Shown here one piece after another: positions 42,160 to 56,709 of a stretch of 64,000 nucleotides of DNA. How positions within the stretch are numbered: position 1 is the first letter of the stretch; each line of letters begins with the position of its first letter. The notes under the pieces were generated by a model. It had not been told where the DNA came from and made no database searches. It saw only the letters and a program-made list of their open reading frames with translations. The DNA lies in NCBI RefSeq assembly GCF_009914755.1, contig NC_060939.1; one strand, written 5' to 3'. This DNA is from the human T2T-CHM13v2.0 reference genome, Homo sapiens. The position numbers and the translations under genes were made by a program.

Positions 42160-42350
42160 AAATATTAATCGTTATTGCCCAGAGTGCAAGGCACTGTCCT
42201 AGAATTCTTGTAACCCTTACAGGATCTTTAAGAGGTAGATAGTCCTGTTACTGTCATTCTATGCATCAGGACACTAAAACCCAGAAAGGCTAAGTAGCTT
42301 GCTGTTTTTCTGCCTGGATCTCAGTCTACCTACCTTCCTGCTACTCTATA
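42160..42350 (-). mobile_element. MIR
   Basis: 'caaggcactgtcctag...aaaggctaagtagcttgc'. Confidence 0.6.
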
Positions 42351-42489
42351 TTGTCTGCTTGGGCCTGTGGCTACTACTGGACATGATCACTTGCCCAGCT
42401 AGTCCTACAGCATCTGTCAGACTCAGTCTCCTTCTTTGCACCGCTATTGCTGGCCTATACTAGTCAATATTTATTTGCCAACCCAAATA

Positions 42490-42710
42490 GCATAAATGCA
42501 GACTTTGGATTTTGATTGACAGAATTTGAATCCTGGCTTTGCTGTTCCATAGCTCTGGCACCTTGTGCATTTTACTGAAATCGCAGTTTATTTATTCATC
42601 TTTAAAACAAGAGTACTTATATTTACTTCATCAGGTTGTTTAGAGGCTTAAAAGTGAGAACATATATAATTTGTGTATAATGGCTGCACAATAAAGAGAG
42701 TTACTATTTT
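42490..42710 (+). mobile_element. MIR
   Basis: 'gaatttgaatcctggctttgct...ttcatctttaaaac'. Confidence 0.7.
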
Positions 42711-42780
42711 TGAACACCTCCCATGTATTAAGCAAGGTACAAGTGTTTATGACCCTCATGCTCTGCATGCCAAGAACAAA

Positions 42781-43074
42781 TTTTTTTTTTTTTTTTTTTT
42801 TGAGATGAAGTCTAGCTTTGTCATCCAGGCTGGAGTACAGTGGTTCAATCTTGGCTCAGTGCAACCTCTGCCTCCCGGGTTCAAGCGATTCTTCTGCTTC
42901 AGCCTCCTGAGTAGCTGGGACTACAGGTGCACGCCTGGCTAATTTTTTGTATTTTTAGTAGACACAGGGTTTTACCATGTTGACCAGGCTGGTCTCGAGT
43001 TCCTGACCTCGTGATCTGCCTGCCTCAGCCTCCCAAAGTGCTGGGATTACAGGCATGAGCCACCGCGCCTGGCC
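42781..43074 (-). mobile_element. AluS
   Basis: TSD tgccaagaacaa (42768-42779 and 43075-43086). Confidence 0.97.
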
Positions 43075-43809
43075 TGCCAAGAACAACCTTTTAAAATGGG
43101 TTCACATATAAAATGGGGACCAATTTTGCACAGTTTTCTATACAGTCTACACACACACCCTACAAATTATAAAATATTACTTGCATCCCGTTTTAGAAAT
43201 ATATGCTACTGAAGACCATCATTACAAATAGTCTGCTAAAATTTTATATTTTTGCAGTTACTTAATGTTTTTTGGGGGTAACATGTATACCCAACGTTTA
43301 CTTGTACGTGGTTTCAAATGATGTTCATGTATTAATATTCCCAATTACAAGACAGACCCTGAGCCCCATTTCCCATTCACTTTACACCAAGAGGTCTTCG
43401 GGATGACTAAATCTAAGCAATTGATGCCTAATACCAAAATGCCCCAGACCCAGCCAACTGGTGCCAAGGTCATGCGATGAACCAAAGAGCTGCATACGTG
43501 ACAATGGAAAGAGCTGCTCCGGTGAAGGCCTGTAACAAGTCCCACAGCAAGAACTTCTGGCTTCTGGATCTGAGCTCCTCACAGAGGTTTCTCTGAGGGA
43601 GTCTACTGTCTTTTCTAAAAAAATACTGTTTTGATCTGAGCCTCCGTAGCTCATCAGACGTGTTTTTAATAATCTTTCAGCTTTATTTGGGGATTGAGAC
43701 TGACAGGTTCAGATCTAAAGTCTCTTTTAACTCAAAAGACTAGTCTACCCCTATGTAAATTTATAAATGCAGGTATATGTAGATATGTAGCAAAAGGGAT
43801 ATGCTTGGT

Positions 43810-44211
43810 GCAGAGACCACTGCCATCCATTAATTCCATTTAATTTTTCTTCCTCTTCAAGCATATAGGTAGACAACATTTCTTAGGCTCTCATGAAGTT
43901 AGGGTTTGACCTTATGACCAAATTCTTGCCAGTGGAATTTGAGAAGTGATGAAGATTCAGTCTATAACAAATCCTCTGTATGATTCTTCATGCTATTTCT
44001 CTTTCTGCTGACCAGTTTTAAATAATAATGAGGACTTTGGAGATGACAGAGCCACATAGTAAAAGGAGCCTGGGTCCCTGAATGACCATGTGGAGAAGAG
44101 CTGCCCTGTTGCCCTGAATACATATCCAGGCCTGACAAACTCATATGTTGTTCGGCTGTAACATGCCTGTCTCTGCTGGTCACCATAAATGTTCTACCCT
44201 CACTAATATAC
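43810..44211 (+). mobile_element. MLT1J-like LTR
   Basis: 'gatgacagagccacatagtaaaaggagcctgggtccctgaatgacc'. Confidence 0.75.
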
Positions 44212-44349
44212 TGCTCAGTTCCTCTTGGAAGTACCCAAGCTCTAAATGCAACAGGCATGTTAGGGGAGAAGTGATGTACCTCGATCATGTATAGCATCTA
44301 GGTCTCAGGCTCTGAGTCCAGCCAAAATACCCTGTTTAAATATTTGGTT

Positions 44350-44490
44350 CAGACTCAGGTTTATCATTCCTTCATGACAGATAAGAAAATATAAGAATTG
44401 CCTAAAATCACACATCTTGTAAAGAGCAAAACTACCATTTGCACCTCAGTTTTAGACTTAGTCCAAAGCATCTTCCACCATCTTTCACCA
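44350..44490 (-). mobile_element. MIR fragment
   Basis: 'ttgcctaaaatcacacatcttgtaaagagcaaaact'. Confidence 0.5.
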
Positions 44491-45994
44491 AAGGTACATT
44501 AAGAGCTTCCATTCAAAGATCATTAACTACTAACGCTACTTTACCATTGAACAATGGCCTCTAGAAATTTATTTCTTTTCTCATATGCATACTTCTAAAT
44601 TCATTTGAAGTAAGTTTGTTTGTTTGTTTATTTGTTTGTTTTTACCAATTTGGCAGATAGGAATATTAAGGGGAAAAGAGTTTAAAGAACTACAGAGAAC
44701 ACAAGTTTTTAAAATGTGAATTTCAGAACAATTTTCTGAACTTCTTCTAAAAATGTGATCCCTTACAAGCAAACCTACTTGTTAATAATGAATGAATGAG
44801 TATGGGCTTATCGCTTTTTCTCAGTGTCTTAATAGGATTTTATAATACAGATGCTTCAATAGCTTTAATTATAGCTATTTTTAAAGTCTCAATAGTTAGA
44901 GTCTTCATGTAGATGCAACTCTGATTTTTAAAAAATATATATATTTTTTTCTTCCAAGTGTCTATATTCTGTGTAAGCCTTTGGGGGTTTAATTTCAGAA
45001 GCATCTCATAGGTTGTAAAGACAAGAATTTGTAAGATTTAAGTCAATAATAGAAACATTGCTGTACAAATTTTAAAGCAGAATGTTGCAATAAATACAAA
45101 AAGATACCGAATGCTCTAAGGGAAGTCAGATCCTGCAAGCTGGCAGCATCAATCACAATTCCGTTGAAGACTTGACACAGCAATTAATGACATATCTGGC
45201 ATGTACAGGTTCTTCTAATCATGTCTTGGACTACATACCAAAATAATACCAGGCAAAGACTTTCAGTAAATTACTTTCATTTACTCTGTGCAACTGAGTA
45301 GAAATTCTTTTCTCTGAGTACTCTGGACAAATTACTTCTGCCACACGTGTATTTTTGACTTGGACAACAAAGAACATAGAAATGGTAGTGATCACTCACA
45401 CAACACAATGACTAAATCATATGATGATCAGTTACAATGCCCAGTTGAGGAGCCACAGTTTACATCCTTTTTGGAATAATATTTCTGCCAGGGTTGGAAA
45501 AACCGCCTTTTTTTCTATTAAATCAAATGGCCCTCCAGTGACTATAACATTCATGGAAAGAAGGGTTGACTACGTAGACAACATCTTCCTTCCTCTCACG
45601 CCAATGCCCAACCAGTCTGGAACAATAAGCATGACCACAATATTAAACTGCATGTTTCTTCTCATTCCAAGAGATTTGTCTAATATTTGAAATTAACAAT
45701 GTCCTATATCATTTTAACTATAGCTAGGCTGCCATACGAGTTTTTGCATTAATGTGCCTATTTCTAGGCACTGTGTTAAATATGACTCATTTTAATGTTA
45801 TATCACTATGTTGCTCTCATATTAGATTCTACCTAGGTCTTTAAATTCATGTTAGATTCTGTCCTAGGTCTTTAAATGTTGAACAGGGTGTACAGACAAA
45901 TGGCATATTAATAGGAGTCAGTTATGCTTATGAATTGTTAATTATTTTGTTGTTTTAAATGTTCGTGAAATAAGAACATAAAATTAGGTCTTTC

Positions 45995-46090
45995 CACACA
46001 CACATGCATGCACCCACACACACTCACACACATACTATGGTGCCTATATAGATGTGAGAGAAAGGGAAAGAAGAGAGACAAGAGAGAGAT
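45995..46090. repeat. Imperfect (CA)n and GA-rich tracts
   Basis: Seen directly. Confidence 0.7.
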
Positions 46091-47229
46091 TAAGTTTCCG
46101 TAGTCCAGCAAGTTTTATTCAAAGATATACAATCACTAAAGCAAGACAAGTCTTCTTTTGCTGAGGGTAAAACTCATTAAAGTTTATAGGTTTATAGTTG
46201 TAATTCAATTTTAGAAGGATAGATTACATAATTTTTGAAAAATTAGAAGAAATTAATAGAAAAACAAAACAGGTATGTAGAAGAAAAAATTATGTAAAGT
46301 TCAGTCTAAAATTTGCTATTAGTTCTTTGAACCAATATTCATACTTTAGAGTAGATACACTGCTTTGTGCGTAAGGTTCCCTCACGAATATTTAAATATA
46401 GCTTATGTATAATTATTGCACTTGCAAAGAAAGTAGCTGTATGTGCTTTCCTCAAAATTATCTGGCTGCGTTATAGGTAATTTTGAAAGCAACTTTATCT
46501 CGATCAAAAGAAAAGAACACAATGGCCTGGACCAACTGCTCATAAATGTCAGATACACTTGTGTATGCTAAGATTAGCATGTCCGTTAGGTCATGAGGGC
46601 ATGGTCATTTCAGTTCAAAATTCCCCAAATTCATTTACCTTTTATTTGTCATCTCTTATGACATTTGAAGCTCCATTTGTGTGCTTTTCTTAGAATGTCT
46701 TATCTAATTGTTTCTGTAATTCAGAGTTGCATTCTACATCTTATGATGAAAAAGGAAAGCATTTGCATTTGCTATCCATGTTTCCAAGAGCTTATTTCCA
46801 AATGATATTTTCTTAAGTGGAGTTTGACGGTTTTCTGTAATGCAATTCAAAAGTGCCTCTCCTGAAAGGGACAGGTTCCTAAAGCAATGAATCAATGTAT
46901 ATTAGATATAGAAGGAAGAAAATAAAAAGCCAAACTTCTTCTACTGGTATCCCACTATCCAGCCACAATATAGCTGCCTTTTTTTTTTTTCTATCCTGAC
47001 AGGGATTCACAGATGTCTTTTTAACATCCATAAAACAGAAATGCTCAATATGAAAACAAAGGAACATGTATATTGCCAGTAATAATTCGGTAATCTACAA
47101 CTCCTTCCATTAACACTGTTGTTTTTATCCGTTTCCACATACAAACTTCTTTCTGCTTATAAATCAGGAGACTAAAGGGGAATAAATACATACGTATCAT
47201 AGTGATCTAACACCCATCCCAAGCAAGCC

Positions 47230-47525
47230 TCATCCTGTGTCACTGTCTAAGTCATGCAAATTACACCAGAGCTGCCAGTTGACTAAGATTAATGACACTG
47301 CGCCAGCTTCTTTGTTTCTCTCTGCGGCCGTTTAGTGTGAAATACTATCCAAAAACATTATCTATCCTCGATTAATCCCACAAATTTGTTCACACGATGC
47401 ACATTGTTTAGGGCAATTTACAACAGGAACATACTGAGCACAATTGCATTTAATTACTTGGGTTCTAATTACATTCATTAAAGGCTAATAAAATAAATGA
47501 AACAGCTTTAAAAGCTTCTGCAAAA
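47230..47525. promoter_or_regulatory. Candidate developmental enhancer / conserved non-coding element
   Basis: Octamer ATGCAAAT at 47254-47261, SOX-like CTTTGT/CATTGT, GATTAATCC, multiple TAAT, retained CpGs. Confidence 0.45.
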
Positions 47526-48559
47526 CACATGGGTCTTGTCTCCCTAGTGAAACATACAGTAGATGTTTGATGTGAAACACAGATTTGACCATATATGTGT
47601 GTTTATAGATGAATATATATACATATTCCATATGTTCTATAAGGTAGATTTTAAATCATAAGCAATAAAACCTCAAATATTCTACCAATGCATTTATTTA
47701 GTGAGTGGGTGAAAGATTTTAGGAACCTAGCACTACTTTTTATGTGGAGAATAAAGAGAAAAGCAAATCCGTTTTCAAAATCGCTTTTGAATCTTAATTG
47801 TTTCCACCTGCACAGCCCGGATGCCCAACCTTCTCTTTTCCATGTCCACATTATAAAGGCCACTGACCAACAGAAGGAGGATGCATTCCACTTAAGCTAG
47901 GTTCTGGAGAATATTCCCATCAGCTTCAATCCCAAAACTCAGTCAGGACTTTTGGCTTACTCACTTCTAACCCTGTGGTAGCTTGTTGAAAAGCTAAATA
48001 ACCTATTGTATAAAATTCACATTTTAAGACACCCTGGCATGTGAAGGTTTAAAAAAAAATGAAGTTGTTAGATTTTGCTAATATTTGCATATGTATTAAA
48101 TGCTTAGTGTGCTTGGAAGACCATTTAAGAAACACAAAATGTAAAATAGCATTGTTGACAACTATGCCAGGAATAACCAGTGATGGATACTCAAAATAAG
48201 GCTTTAATCTCACCATATTTTTTCACTCAGATAGAGCTCTGTATAATCTGTATTATCCAAAAGCAAATGTCTACCTAACTAATTGTCTTATGTACTTTTG
48301 AGGTCCATGCTTTACTTTGTAAAGTCCATGGGTAATTTTATCTGGTAAAGCCAGAAAATGGAGCTGCAACACCTAAATCTAAATGCATGTGATTGGCATA
48401 TCTCTTCACAAACAGAATTTTGCTCCCAGAGTAGATTTTGAGCATAATCTGAAAAAATAACAAGCAATTCATGAATGATTTTGATAGGTGCCTGGATTTA
48501 GAATTTCAGCTAGATTCAGATCTTTGCCAAAGAATAAAGATTTTTTAAAAAATCTTACA

Positions 48560-49125
48560 TAAATGCATTGGAAATAGCCTATTATTGTCTTTTCTTATAC
48601 GGACACTCTTTGGCCGAGCATGTCCTCTTCTAGGAATCTGTCTTAAGGAGATATTCTCACATATGCACGAATGGAGTTAGGAAGATGGTTATTACAGCAT
48701 TGTTTTTAGTAGTGAAAAAACTGGAAACATCCTAAATGCCTGTCAACAAAGGAATGGTTAATAAGCTATACAAATTCATATTCTGTAGATCTATATAACA
48801 ACTAAAAGAATAAGGTAAATCTATATGTACAAGTGGAATGTTCTCAAAAAGCAAGTTGTGGAACAATATATATTATATGAATCAACAAGGTAAAACAGTA
48901 TGTAAGGGTGAGTGTGAGTGTGTGTAAATGCATGGGAAAAGTCCCAAAGAATTGGAAATCTGATAGCAGTGATAACCTCTAAGACAGTAGACAAGAAAAG
49001 ACAAGGGTGAGAAGCGAGTCCTCAGGGCAGGAAAGGACTTTCACTTGTTACTCTATAGACTGCAGTATCAAGTGGACATTCATAAGAAAAAAAGTATTTA
49101 AGTATTATATGTAACATTTTGAAAT
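48560..49125 (+). mobile_element. L1ME-type 3' region
   Basis: 'cagcattgtttttagtagtgaaaaaactggaaacatcctaaatgcc'. Confidence 0.8.
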
Positions 49126-49839
49126 TAATGTGCAACCTAGAGCCATAATGTGTGCATTTAACACTCCCCCACATAAACATACACACAATAATTTCCCAAA
49201 TATTTTCATCTGATTGCTCTTCAGAACATAATCTGGAAGAGGGTTTCTCAGAAAGTTATAAAAAGGGATGGAATTTTACAGTCTAGAAGTTTTCTCACTT
49301 AGACACTCTCTCTGTCTGCTTCTACTTCACTATTTTCAGTTCCTTTTATTATGCCTAAGTGCTGGCAATTTGGGGGAATTCCATTCTCATAACGCAGCTG
49401 CTGGGGGCATTAAGCGTCTGCATGGAATCCCTCTAACGGGAACACCGACTTGCTTCGGTGCCACTCGCCCTTAGAATCTTCAGTTCAGAGTCATGTCCAA
49501 CATGGTTGAAGATTACCTCTCTGAAGTGCAAGGATTCAGGTTTAGTGCAAAGTAAACACTACTGTTGACTTTTAGAAAAGTTTTAAAATAATGATGCTTT
49601 GCTATCATTCACTCATTAATGTGAATGTTTTAACAATTCCAGCACTATTCTATAAAACTCACAACCATAATAGCTTAGAAAAAGACTTAGCACAGAAAAA
49701 AAGATGAGTAAAATGAGAAACAAAGCAAGAACTATAAAGCCTTGGAAGTTTATTTTCTGATGCAAGCTTGCTTTTCTCTTCACCATTTCTTGAGCACTAC
49801 AAGATTCCCAGCACTTACTTGCAACATTAAAGAAATCTA

Positions 49840-50158
<319 letters not shown>

Positions 50159-50167
50159 CTAAAAGTG

Positions 50168-50459
<292 letters not shown>

Positions 50460-50559
50460 CTAAAAGTGGAGACCCTCCATTTCATCATATATCGTCTCTG
50501 ATAATGCCAACAAAATGCAGTCCAAATCCTAGGGTCTTGCATTCAGGGTTCTTCAGTTA

Positions 50560-50950
50560 TGGGGTTTTGTGTCTTGCCACTTTATTTTATGTGCCATACA
50601 TACCATGTGGATTTAGCCATGTCTGGCTAATGGTCTCTCCTCCTACAATTTCTTTGTTTCTCTCTGTTACTCTTCACCTGTTAGGATCTCTCAGGGTCTA
50701 TCTTAAATATCATTTCCTCTGGCAATTTTCCCTAGTATCCTGAGTGATGCCTTTTCTGTTGAGAGTGATCTTTGCCATCACTGTACCTCCATTGCAGCTT
50801 ATGCGTTTCTCTGGCATTTGCCACAAGTGCTCCCTTATTATAGAAGTTGACGTCTATCTCATATCCTGCTAATAGAATGTAAGCTCCTTAAAGGTTTGAA
50901 CTGATGCCACTGTGCCCGTAAGACTAAGTAGAGTGCTCATCATATAGCAA
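50560..50950 (+). mobile_element. L2 remnant
   Basis: 'aatagaatgtaagctccttaaagg'; a further L2 end lies at about 51365-51450. Confidence 0.6.
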
Positions 50951-50955
50951 GAGAA

Positions 50956-51257
50956 TTTTTTTTTTTTTTTTTTTTTTAGATGGAGTCTCGCTCTGTCATC
51001 CAGGCTGGAGTAAAGTGGCACGATCTTGGCTTACTGCAACCTCTGCCTCCCAGGTTCAAGCAATTGTCCTGCCTCAGCCTCCCAAGTAGTGGGACTACAG
51101 GCATGTGTCATCATGCCCAGCTAATTTTTGTATTTTTAGTAGAGACGGGGTTTCAGTATGTTGGTCAAGCTAGTCTCAAACTCCTGACCTCAGGTGATCT
51201 GCCCGCCTCGGCCTCCCAAAGTGCTGGGATTACAGGCATGAGCCACCATGCCCGGCC
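50956..51257 (-). mobile_element. AluSx-like
   Basis: Poly(T) plus reverse dimer; TSD aagagaattttt/aagaaaattttt. Confidence 0.96.
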
Positions 51258-53379
51258 AAGAAAATTTTTTTAAACCTAATAGTCAAACAAAGGAAAATAG
51301 TTTCTAAATTGTTTAAATAATTATTAAACTCTTTTTATTAATATGTAGTTGTCAGTAGACAGAGCATCTCCAATGTCAAACAGAGTACCTGGCATATAAT
51401 TGGTGCTCAATAAATATTTGTTGAATGCCTTTGAATAAGTAAATGAACAAATAAACACAGAAACAAATAAATAATGTGATTTTTTTCTTTCTTCCTTTTT
51501 CCCATTTGTCCATCCCAGTGGGGAAACATTTATTACAGTATCTCATGAATAATGTCAAAAACCTCAAGTACAGTAGTCTTCAGTATTACAGTCTAAAACC
51601 ATAATAACAGCTTTATACAGAGCCTATAATTCAACACATATATAGTTTCTATTAAGATTTTCAGGACTGACTTTTAACATACTGACAGTTTAAATTGGTT
51701 CTCTTCTACAATAAAGGCTATAGAATAATTACAAATACGTTTAAGGAGTCCTGAATTAGTAATACGATATCCTTAGAATCCTGTCTTTATGCATACCTGC
51801 AGAGATTTAAAGATAGGGTGCATTTAATGCATGAACATCCTGAAAGGTGACAGGCAGAAGATACGCCTTAAATTAGGAGAACAGGGGCTGTGGTAATTCT
51901 TTAGTCAGTAAGAAACTCCCCTTACTTTGACACTTCTGGGCAGAAGACCACAACTTCTTCCAAATGGCCAAGTGAGAGCATGTATTGTGAACACTCAGAT
52001 GCATTTCTTTTTATGACTTTCGAGAGCTTCTCCTCCCCTTTACTAACAAGGATGCACAATGTGGCAGGAAAAGACAAATACAAACAATATCAATACACTT
52101 TCATGGAATTCCGAGAGTTCTTTCCTTTTCTTCTTCCTTTTTTTTTTTTACCCACCTCTTGGAAACTAAGAGGAGCTGTTCCACGTAAGCACCAGAGAAA
52201 TGAAATATATAACTACAAACTGAAAGCCCGTGACCTCAATCCTCAGCCGCCCCTTGCCCCTCATTACCGCAGCAGTTGGTGTAGGGAAGGATTAAAGAGG
52301 GCTAGAAATCACTGGGCGAGCATACAAGGGCTCAGAAATTTGACCTTCGTTACTTAAAGCACACAGTCTTCACTAAAAGCTGGTATATGAGGAGAATTAA
52401 AAACAGAACCAAGAAAGGTCAGGTGGAGTGCAGATACACTAACAAAGATGAGGGTGAAATGGAAAAAAAAAAAATCCCTCAAAATATTCATCTTTTCTTC
52501 TATTGGACAAAAGTGGACATTTCTAGGAGACATTTTGGCTTCTGCCACTAACCAAAAATGCAAAAGAGCCTCCATGCCAAAAGTAAGAGCATAAAATGTG
52601 AAATTGCCAGAGCCAGAGAGAACTTTAGAAGCAACTCCCCATGCAAGAGACTTTCTTAGGGCACTTTCTAATGAAATGGAATCAGATTCTGCCTCTTTCT
52701 GTATCTGATAGATTTTATTATCTGGATCTATGAATTACTCAGTTTAATGGGAAATACAAGAAGAGATTACAAAAGCACTGACTAGTAAAATATCTTTACA
52801 ATTGTGAAACTGGCAACAAAGCTCTGTCTTTTTTGGGAAGGCAAAGTAAGGGGCAAGGGGCTCATGCCGTAAAGCATATGACCATGGCAACTGCCGCAAT
52901 GGGGGCGTAAACTCAAAACCATTTCAAAAAACATACACTAAGAAGTGAATGATTCCCATCTGTCAGCAACAATGGGGCCACATTATTCATTGTTCTGACA
53001 GTCCTGTGTTCCGTGGGTGTTGGGAGCAGACCTTCTCTCTCAGAGACTCCTGCACATAGATGAGGAAACTGAGGCATTTAATTGAACTCAGCCTAATGAC
53101 TTACCCTAAAGAGGTAAGCAGCCTGAGATCAGTAAATATTTAATGTGTTCTGAAAAGAAAATCTATTAGCCAAGTATTTTCATTCTTAAGAACAACAACG
53201 ATTATAAAGATATGTTAGATTTCCATAATGGTCTGCACTTTCCAAAATAGTTTCATAAATTTTCAATGAAGCAAATAAATGAGTTAAATACTTACACAGA
53301 AAGATGGTAAGAGGTGTGAGTGAGGGGAATATGTACCCCAATCTCTTTTTTCTGTTTAAATAGTAAATCTTTTTTGGAA

Positions 53380-53686
53380 CACTGCTGTCCAACAGAAGTA
53401 TTATGATACACTTACATAATTTTAAATTTTCTGGCAGCCATAGTAAAAAAAGCAAAAGCAAACAGGTGAAATTCATTTTAATAATATATTTTATGTAACC
53501 CACTGTATCAAAAATGTTTTAAAATGCAACTAATATGAAAATTATTGTGATTTTTACAGCTTTTTGTACTAAGTCTTTGAAGTCTATGTGCAATTTATAC
53601 TCACAGCACATCTCCGTTAGGACTAGCCACCTGTCACAAGCTCAATAGCCATGTGTGCCTAGTGGCAACTATTTTGAATAGCACAG
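53380..53686. mobile_element. MER33 (hAT-Charlie)
   Basis: 'ctgctgtccaacagaa...aaacaggtgaaattcattttaataatatatttt...gctcaatagccatgtgtgcctagtggc'. Confidence 0.85.
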
Positions 53687-54267
53687 CTCTGAGGTTCTGT
53701 TTTTCCCCTAATTTGGATGTTATCCTGCCCTGGTTTTTCTATTAGCTACTATAGACTTCAGATATCAAAAATTAGTTGATTTGATTTAGTTTCATATTTA
53801 CCAAGGGCATTTAACAGAGCATGTAGAAGAAATCAACATATTCTCTCAAGTCCTAAGGATGAATATGTATGTGTGCATTTATGGTTATAGTAGTTTATAT
53901 GTGTGTGACAAGCATTAATTCTGGGCCTACTCCATGTAAAAGCAATAAGCATTAATACTGTACAATATCCACAAACATTAATAGTGTGTCTATTCCACAC
54001 AGTAGTATCAACAAGTATTAATAGCTTGCCTATTCCATGCAAAGCATTGTGCCAAGCACCAGATTCAATATCAAGACATCATTTTGGCCAAAGTATTTAT
54101 TAAATCACTATAATACATGGGACTGCCACGCTTCTTTCACCAGCAAACCTCAGGTCCATTGTAAACTTTTCAACAGCTCTGAGTGTGGTAGGGTTCAACA
54201 TTAAACAAGGACAATGAAGCCCTACTTCAAGTCTTGTCTCTGTCCTTTATAAGCACTATGACTTTGT

Positions 54268-54607
<340 letters not shown>

Positions 54608-54767
54608 TTACTCATTGGTAAAATGACGACTACATGACCTCTAAGTAACTTTTCAGTTCTAACAGACTATTATTACTTGGTAATAAAAGTGTACTTCCTT
54701 TTAGCCTTAAGGAGCATACGCCTTACTCTTCAGCAGTGTCTACACAGTGTGATCTATGGAATACTAA

Positions 54768-54953
54768 TAGGGTTGCCAGATTTAGAAGGAAAAAAACACA
54801 CAATGTCCAGTGAAACTTAAATTTCAGGTAAACAAAAAAATAATAAAGCGTTAAGTATGTCCCATGCAATATTTGGTACACGCTTAACTAAAAAAAACTG
54901 TTGTCTCCCTGAAATTCCAACTTAACTGGCATTCTGCATTTTATCTGGTGACT
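54768..54953. mobile_element. MER53 palindromic MITE
   Basis: 'tagggttgccagattt...taagtatgtcccatgcaatatttgg...gcattttatctggtgac'. Confidence 0.85.
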
Positions 54954-55019
54954 GATTCTAGGTACTCAGAAAGTCTCATGCCACTCACCTCACAATCAGA
55001 GCTTGACATTTTCATGCTG

Positions 55020-55615
<596 letters not shown>

Positions 55616-56671
55616 GAGCCGGGTACATCTTAAGCATTCAATAAACAGCATATATTACAGCTGTTATTGAGACTGTAGGAGTTGTGGGTGGGGTAGGTGG
55701 AAAGGGAAAATGTTGAATTAGAGTTCTCTTTTGGAAAGGACATACATGAGTGAGACTTGATAACAGTCTTGAGCAGCTGAGAGGAGGTGATGGGTCAGAG
55801 GTAGGTAGGAGAGAGGCATAGGATTGAGATAAGCGGGCACACAAACCTTTACTGCTTCACTTTCTAAATCATTCACTAAGCATGCACATGGCTCTACAGT
55901 TCCAGAGTGCCTCTGTATTTCCAAACCCAGTTTCAAGCCGGAAATGAATTTTACTCTCTCCCTCCTTTCCTCCCCCTGACACTCCAATTCATGCTCATAT
56001 TACTAGATAAGGCAATCTGAATTGACATTTTCTCTCATTAGGTAAGGGGTAGATACGATACCCAGGATGAATCTCCTTTCTCATTTCCCTATTTCTACAT
56101 AGTACCTGCAAAATGCAATTGCAATGTACAAGAGTAACACTGTTGGGAAAAGGAAGCCTCCAGAGAAACCTGGGGTTTTGAATGGAAGTGAAAAAGGGTC
56201 CATCTTTGCCTTTATAGAATTATGAAAGAATTATGAATTGAAATATGAAATTAAAAACACCACGTCTTAGGTTTCTTTACAGCACCACTGGTGGAGCCAA
56301 CGCTTTCTCCCATTAGTGATTGTCACTAATATGGCATGTTATCGCCAAAGCTTGGAGGCCAGAAAGCTCTTCCCAGTTTTGCTATAGCCTTGAGGAGGCT
56401 CTGTCCCTTCCAATTGAGACTGATTAAAAATACAAAAAAAAAATCTTTCCCCACAATCCTTTCTAGATGTTGTTTAAATGACAGTGGCTTACTTTCTTCA
56501 AACTTTGCTATCTGTTTCTTTTTTATTTTTTCTCCCTATGCATCTGTCATCAGTTTTTTTCTTCATCATTCTGATCCCCACCTCCTGCATGAAGCTTTCT
56601 TTGTCCACCCCACCTAGACTTAGTTATGTTATCTTTCTTTCTCTTATGGTTCAGTTACATTTATATTGTCT

Positions 56672-56677
<6 letters not shown>

Positions 56678-56707
<30 letters not shown>
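56678..56707. repeat. (GT)15 microsatellite
   Basis: Seen directly, within an L2-like remnant. Confidence 0.95.
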
Positions 56708-56709
<2 letters not shown>

